A stretch of DNA of 64,000 nt from Salinispira sp. (lineage in GTDB: Bacteria; Spirochaetota; Spirochaetia; DSM-27196; Salinispiraceae). The notes under the pieces were generated by a model that saw only the letters and a list, made by a program, of their open reading frames with translations, was not told the origin of the DNA and did no database searches. Position numbers and translations under genes: made by a program. The stretch is from the NCBI GenBank assembly GCA_965226555.1, contig CBDDDG010000012.1, forward strand, positions 32,001 through 96,000. The letters are read 5' to 3'. Shown piece after piece: positions 58,570 to 64,000 of this stretch (positions within the stretch are counted from its first letter, which is position 1; each line of letters starts with the position of its first letter).

Positions 58570-60153
58570 ATGAACATTAAATTATACAAGGGAACCCGGT
58601 TTCTACTCTGCGCGATGTGCATAGCATTAATTGCTGCATGTCCGATGCCGGAACCCGAGCCAACTGTGCCGGGTACAATAGGTGCCCCAGACCTTAAAGC
58701 GGGGAATGGGCAACTAACGGTTAACTGGACTGCGCCGAACAATGGCGGCAGCGAAATTACCACATACCACCTTCACCATAGCACGGACGGCGGTACCACG
58801 TGGTCGGAAATTATTGTACTTGCCGCGCCAGCCGCAAGCTACACCATTATGGACCTGAGAAACGCCGCTGAGTACCATGTACAGGCGCGCGCCGTCAATG
58901 CAGTCGGCGCTGGGACATGGTCGGAATCTGCCGTTGAAACTCTCCCTGCTGTTGCAACTCCCTCTGCCACCGTTCCTGACGCGCCGGCTGCCCCAACCCT
59001 TGAACCGGGGAACAGGCATCTCATAGTTGCATGGGCTGCGCCGGACGATGGCGGGAGCGAAATTACCACATACCACCTTCACCATAGTGCGGACGGCGGT
59101 ACCACGTGGTCGGAAATTATTGTACTTGCCGCGCCAGCCGCAAGCTACACCATTAGAGGCCTGAGAAACGGCACTCCCTACGAAGTACAGGCGCGCGCCG
59201 TGAACAACGAGGGCGCGGGTATGTGGTCGGAAATTGCAACGGAAACGCCGTTAGTTGTTGCGGCGCAACAGACTCCGGGGGGTACGGCAGCATCGCTAAG
59301 CCTTTCGGCTGCCAATACTGCCATAATTGCCAGTGAGAATCTAACCGTTAAGTTGACCACGGCGGAACCGGGTACTCTCGCGGCCAATGAAAGATCAGGA
59401 ACCATTACGGTTACCCCCGCAACTGCGCCCGATGGGGTTAGCATTCCGACTGTTGATTCGAGCAGCGGAGTTATTACGGTTACTACAAGTACAACGGCAG
59501 GAACATATCTGGTATATGGTGAAACCGGAAGCGGAGACATACTCTTTGCCGAATATCTCTCTGTTACCGTGAGCCCTACTACTAACGCTCAACTGAAAAC
59601 AGCGGTAAATACCGGGATATCAAACTGGGGAGATACTGCCGATCTCAACTACATTATTACCACCGCAGTAACGGATATGTCCACTGTTTTCAAGAATAAC
59701 ACCACATTCAATGGCGATATCTCACTTTGGGATACTACAGCGGTAACGGATATGAACAATATGTTCTATTTAACAATCTTATTCGATGGCGATATCTCTG
59801 GCTGGGATACTGGCGCGGTAACGAATATGATGCATACGTTCTATTCTGCAGCCTCATTCAATGGTGATATCTCGGGATGGGATGTCAGTTCGGTAACAAA
59901 TATGTCTTGGATGTTCAATGCTGCAGGCATATTCAATATTGATATTTCCGGCTGGGATGTCAGCAAGGTAACGAATATGCACTGGATGTTCCAGAGCGCA
60001 AGCGCATTCAATGTCGATCTTGAGGAGTGGAAGGAACATTGGACCTCCGAAACTGGCAACAAGCTCAATGCTTCTGGCAAATATACCGGAAACAAAACAG
60101 ATATGTTTCAGGGTTCCGGCGTGACAGGTGATCTGATTCCGTCATGGCTTTAG
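58570..60153 (+). CDS. Surface lipoprotein, 2x FN3 + DUF285 (BspA-like), in frame
   Basis: GAGGAGG SD; MNIKLYKGTRFLLCAMCIALIAA-C lipobox; no long G tract. Confidence 0.92.
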   Translation: MNIKLYKGTRFLLCAMCIALIAACPMPEPEPTVPGTIGAPDLKAGNGQLTVNWTAPNNGGSEITTYHLHHSTDGGTTWSEIIVLAAPAASYTIMDLRNAAEYHVQARAVNAVGAGTWSESAVETLPAVATPSATVPDAPAAPTLEPGNRHLIVAWAAPDDGGSEITTYHLHHSADGGTTWSEIIVLAAPAASYTIRGLRNGTPYEVQARAVNNEGAGMWSEIATETPLVVAAQQTPGGTAASLSLSAANTAIIASENLTVKLTTAEPGTLAANERSGTITVTPATAPDGVSIPTVDSSSGVITVTTSTTAGTYLVYGETGSGDILFAEYLSVTVSPTTNAQLKTAVNTGISNWGDTADLNYIITTAVTDMSTVFKNNTTFNGDISLWDTTAVTDMNNMFYLTILFDGDISGWDTGAVTNMMHTFYSAASFNGDISGWDVSSVTNMSWMFNAAGIFNIDISGWDVSKVTNMHWMFQSASAFNVDLEEWKEHWTSETGNKLNASGKYTGNKTDMFQGSGVTGDLIPSWL

Positions 60154-60196
60154 TTTCATAGCCCGCAACGGCTAATGAAACATTGCAATTCAACTC

Positions 60197-60239
60197 AGGC
60201 AGGCGCGGGGCGCCGATCAGCCCCGTGCCTGCCTTTTTT
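60197..60239 (+). terminator. Rho-independent terminator
   Basis: AGGCAGGCGCGGGGC-loop-GCCCCGTGCCTGCCT followed by a T run; homolog of 54350. Confidence 0.85.
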
Positions 60240-60415
60240 CGATAAGACGGCTGGTCGGCGTTGCGCGGCTGCTCGCCCAAGTGCATCCGGCTCGCCATGC
60301 GGCGGGGCTGATCAAACAGTAATATCCCAAAATAATAGAAACTTTTTTCAAAAACTTTCTCATTTTGTCATTCATATCTCGTTTTTCTCCCGTCACAGAT
60401 GTAGGAGGAAAATGT

Positions 60416-61501
60416 ATGAAAAAATCATCCCAGAGCACAGGCCACATCCACGACATAGCCTTCAAGATCGCCTACTATAGAACCCCCCGGCTGATTCCCG
60501 ACCTGCTGCGGCTGTTCTGTGAGGATACTGCGCTTGCCAAGCTGGACTTGGGCAAAATCCGCATTGAAACCCCCAGCTACATTGCAGGAAAAAAGAACCT
60601 TCACTGCGATCTCGTTGTCAGCGCCCCCTTCCTGTCAGACCCCAAGCGGAAATCTCTGTTTATTATTGAGCACAAAAGCTACCTGCACAAACACGTTCTC
60701 ACACAGATTGATGACTATCAATATGCCCTCAGAAACAGCAATGTGTACAATGAAAATGATGCTATCTATATACTTCTGCTCTACCATGGAAAAAAGGAAT
60801 GGAACCTTCCACTCACATTTTACAGTTCACATGGAAATCCAACCTCTGAATCCATGACTGAAGGCACGGTAGATGTCAGGGTGAAAGTGTCGTACATTGT
60901 GCGCGATCTGAGGAGAATGACAAAGAAGCAGTTGGCATTGCGCTCCGATGAAAAACGATATACATCGACTGCGTTGTGGTATATAATGCGAGATAATAAA
61001 ATGGATGCTGAGGGGCTGAAAGAAATTGCGCAGCTCCTGAACGGTCTGTCATCACAAGACTTTACTGATCTGGCAGAGAGTGTGCTAGGCTATCTAAAAG
61101 ATCTGGGACTGTATGAGCAGTTTGAGAAAATTGACAGGGAACTATATCCTGAAGGAGAAAACAGTATGCGGACATATAATATTACCAACGCCTTCGTCAG
61201 GGAAGGCATGGAGAAAGGAATGGAGAAAGGTATTCTGAAAGGTCGGATTGAAGGTCTTGAGCAGGGTATCACAAAGGGCAGGGCTGAGGGCATGGAGAAA
61301 GGCGTTCTGAAGGGCCGGATTGAAGGTCTTGATCAGGGTATCACAAAGGGCAGGCAGGAAGGACTGCGAACAGGTCGTGAAGAAGGCATTCGAGAAACTG
61401 CCCGCAGTATGTTTTCCAAAGGATTTTCAGCCCATGACATTCAGGATGTTACCGGGCTGAGCGATGAGGAAATGCGGACAGTGCGGAACGGATCGCATTA
61501 A
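60416..61501 (+). CDS. Rpn family 2 nuclease (RpnF), with internal small ORF 61166-61501
   Basis: Close paralog of 4670-5659; GTAGGAGG SD; expanded G-x-x-x repeats. Confidence 0.9.
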   Translation: MKKSSQSTGHIHDIAFKIAYYRTPRLIPDLLRLFCEDTALAKLDLGKIRIETPSYIAGKKNLHCDLVVSAPFLSDPKRKSLFIIEHKSYLHKHVLTQIDDYQYALRNSNVYNENDAIYILLLYHGKKEWNLPLTFYSSHGNPTSESMTEGTVDVRVKVSYIVRDLRRMTKKQLALRSDEKRYTSTALWYIMRDNKMDAEGLKEIAQLLNGLSSQDFTDLAESVLGYLKDLGLYEQFEKIDRELYPEGENSMRTYNITNAFVREGMEKGMEKGILKGRIEGLEQGITKGRAEGMEKGVLKGRIEGLDQGITKGRQEGLRTGREEGIRETARSMFSKGFSAHDIQDVTGLSDEEMRTVRNGSH

Positions 61502-61614
61502 TTGACGTTGCTCGGTCTGCGCGCAGAGCGGATAACATCAACATTCAGATCAACCTCACATACCAGTTCCTTCAGAGAATGCTCAGATATTCTGGAACTT
61601 CATATATTCATACT

Positions 61615-61870
61615 TCAACAAAAACCTCGCGCAGAGCACAGGCCATATCCACGACATAGCCTTCAAGATCGCCTACTACAGAACCCCCCGGCTGATTCCC
61701 GATCTACTGCGGCTGTTCTGTGAGGATACTGCGCTTGCCAAGCTGGACTTGGGCAAAATCCGCATTGAAAACCCCCAGCTACATTGCAGGAAAAAAGAAC
61801 CTTCACTGCGATCTCGTTGTCAGCGCCCCCTCCCTGTCAGACCCCGACCGGAAGGCTCTTTTTATTACTG
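61615..61870 (+). pseudogene. Rpn family 2 5' fragment (RpnG), truncated at the IEHK motif by the palindromic repeat
   Basis: Homologous to 60420-60670; lacks the ATG; +1 A frameshift near 61770. Confidence 0.88.
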
Positions 61871-61909
61871 AAACTTTTGCATTGATAAAATTTCTGCTAT
61901 TATTGTGCG

Positions 61910-63718
61910 ATGAAATTACTGCCTTCCATAGCTCTTTTCTTATTCTTTCTGCTCGCTCTGTCCGCGCCCGCTTGGACTGAGGACTCCCGCATTCAGCACG
62001 GGTTTTCGCCCTTTTCCGTTACCATTCCTCCCGCCATCTCCGTCCCGCGCCATCTTCTCTTTCCTGGAAAAAATTACCTCTATTCCTCCAATGACGCAGG
62101 GCGCACATGGAACCGTCTGCATCCGCAAACGGAAGCAGCAGATATATCAGGCTCAACATACATCACCGCAGCCGCCATTAACCCCCATGACCCCACCCAT
62201 TACCTGCTCGGCACCAGTTATGACGGCCTCTTCGAGAGCCGCAATGCGGGAACAAGCTGGCAGAAAGTGCAACTGCGCAATACCCCACTGTATCAGGGCG
62301 CGCACTTCTACAACGAAATAGGCGCGCTGCTCTTTTCCGCAGACGGCAAAAGCCTGTTCATCCGCACCAGCTTCGATAACCAGCCCTATCTCCTCGACCT
62401 CACAACGAAAACCCTGCGCCCCCTAACATCGCCCGGAACGGCAGCGGAACTATCATCAAACGAAGCCCTCTTCAATGAGCTCATCATCGAAAACCATGCC
62501 TACCCCCATGACTACCCGAGCTCCTACCCCAGCGCCTATCCAAAACCGCCGGAATACCGCAACGACAACTTCCTTCCCCGCGCCTTCACCCGGAACCAGC
62601 CATGGAAGGAACGCCGCGCAGCCGCCTCCGACAAATTCGGATTCTTCATTAACGCCTGGCAGGCATCGACCAAACTGGATGAATTTATTGATTACGCAAA
62701 AGAACAGGGCTTTAACTCTGTTGTCGTTGACTTTAAAGACGACCAGGGGCTGCTCCGCTATTCGAGCGCCCTCGAAATTGCGCAGAATGTCGGCAGCGTC
62801 CGCCCGCTCTTCGACGCGGAGGAGCTCATTCGCCGTTTTCACGATGCCGGTATCTATGTCATTGCGCGGATGGTGGTCTTCAAGGACAAGGCGCTCTATC
62901 AATACAACAACAGTGACTACGCCTTCTGGGATTCCCGCCTCCAGCGTCCCTGGGGGGTCTACCGCAGGTATGATGTTGAGCCCAGCGCAGACAACCCCGA
63001 TCCCGAACCGCGCATTGAGCAGGTGGAGCATTGGGTCGATCCCTATTCGGCATTCGTGCGGAATTATAACATTCAGATAGCGCGGGAGCTTGAAGATATT
63101 GGAGTGGATGAAATTCAGTTCGACTACATCCGCTTTCCTTCGGACGGGCGCCCTCAGGACATTGTTACCCGCTTTCTCACGAACGCCGACAATTCTCCCT
63201 CACGGGTCGACAGGAACATGGAACGAGTGCGCATTCTCGCAGCCTTCCTCGCCGAAGCGCGGAACAGCATTTCCATTCCCATAGGCACCGATGTCTTCGG
63301 CTTTAATGCCTGGGCCAGAATGAGCTACTTGGGTCAGGATGTTGAGATCATAAGTCACTATGTCGATGTCATATCGCCCATGTCATACCCGAGCCATTAC
63401 CCGGGCGCATTCTATGAGGACCTGAGCTATTTAGATAAGGCGCAGTTCATCTATGAAGAAGGAACCCAGAGAACACGTGAAATTACCGATGACAGGGTAA
63501 TTGTCCGGCAGTATGTTCAGGCCTTTCTCATAGGCGGCGAGCTGCGCTTCGAGGAAGATACCTATTTTTCATATCTGGATCGTCAGTTGGAAGGAACCAT
63601 TCGGGGGGGAGGCAATGGCTTCACGCTGTGGAATAACTCCGGCAAATACTACATGGTGAATGAGGAGACAATGAGCCGGCGCATTAAAGAAGCCGGTACC
63701 CTGACCGAACGAAAATAA
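61910..63718 (+). CDS. Exported putative glycoside hydrolase (DUF4015-like) with an N-terminal BNR-like region
   Basis: Signal peptide; NSVVVDFKDDQG, IARMVVFKD, DEIQFDYIRFP and SPMSYPSHY. Confidence 0.85.
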   Translation: MKLLPSIALFLFFLLALSAPAWTEDSRIQHGFSPFSVTIPPAISVPRHLLFPGKNYLYSSNDAGRTWNRLHPQTEAADISGSTYITAAAINPHDPTHYLLGTSYDGLFESRNAGTSWQKVQLRNTPLYQGAHFYNEIGALLFSADGKSLFIRTSFDNQPYLLDLTTKTLRPLTSPGTAAELSSNEALFNELIIENHAYPHDYPSSYPSAYPKPPEYRNDNFLPRAFTRNQPWKERRAAASDKFGFFINAWQASTKLDEFIDYAKEQGFNSVVVDFKDDQGLLRYSSALEIAQNVGSVRPLFDAEELIRRFHDAGIYVIARMVVFKDKALYQYNNSDYAFWDSRLQRPWGVYRRYDVEPSADNPDPEPRIEQVEHWVDPYSAFVRNYNIQIARELEDIGVDEIQFDYIRFPSDGRPQDIVTRFLTNADNSPSRVDRNMERVRILAAFLAEARNSISIPIGTDVFGFNAWARMSYLGQDVEIISHYVDVISPMSYPSHYPGAFYEDLSYLDKAQFIYEEGTQRTREITDDRVIVRQYVQAFLIGGELRFEEDTYFSYLDRQLEGTIRGGGNGFTLWNNSGKYYMVNEETMSRRIKEAGTLTERK

Positions 63719-63722
63719 ACGC

Positions 63723-64000
63723 TCAGAAATTTTCGCCATCATCTTCGTCTTGTTCATCATCGCCTAAATTATCTTCCAGAATATCTTCAAAAAGATTGAA
63801 CAGCCCTTCTGTTATATCATCGCTGAATTCTGCTTTTTCCTCTTCAAGTTGCTGAATGCGGTCGCGTATTCTTGCCGCATCTTCATAATTTTCTTCTTCA
63901 ACGGCCATTTTCAGAGCATTTTTGAGCTCCTCAAGTACCGATTTATTTATTGATACTCTTTCGATATCGCTTATTACCGATGTCGGAATGCCAGCCTGAT
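63723..64000 (-). CDS. C-terminal part of a UVR-motif protein (probably a DUF151 bifunctional nuclease); runs off the window
   Basis: LKNALKMAVEEENYEDAARIRDRI UvrB/UvrC motif; frame open to the window end. Confidence 0.7.
   Translation of the reverse strand, partial: QAGIPTSVISDIERVSINKSVLEELKNALKMAVEEENYEDAARIRDRIQQLEEEKAEFSDDITEGLFNLFEDILEDNLGDDEQDEDDGENF

Noticed and set aside
20138..60153. Diversity-generating retroelement acting on the lipoproteins or Rpn tails
   Set aside because: No reverse transcriptase in the window, and differences between copies are not confined to adenines
1..64000. tRNA, rRNA or prophage
   Set aside because: No cloverleaf or rRNA-like tract, and no phage structural or integrase gene recognised by eye

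Overview
A 64-kb bacterial chromosome segment, most likely from a spirochaete (Spirochaetales-like housekeeping genes such as flgM, ymdB, ftsK, aspS, ychF and a large GH13; this is inferred from the proteins, not from a search). Housekeeping genes are interleaved with a dense accessory layer. It holds eight Rpn/YhgA-like PD-(D/E)XK genes or pseudogenes in four unrelated N-terminal families, three FN3 + DUF285(BspA-like) surface lipoproteins, three restriction-modification loci, two intact copies and two deleted derivatives of a 1462-bp DDE IS, and one IS481-like element. About 18 copies of a modular, self-nesting AT-rich palindromic repeat are scattered through it. The main signals are: (i) every Rpn gene that keeps its 3' end has an internal SD+ATG for a small C-terminal protein, the C-terminal tails are shuffled between unrelated Rpn families, and a displaced orphan tail sits behind one stop codon; (ii) in two different Rpn families the palindromic repeat has inserted just upstream of that internal SD, separating the nuclease from the small protein; (iii) two of the three lipoproteins are frameshifted by poly-G tracts in the signal peptide, and each lipoprotein is followed by an Rpn gene. 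No rRNA, tRNA or CRISPR array was recognised.
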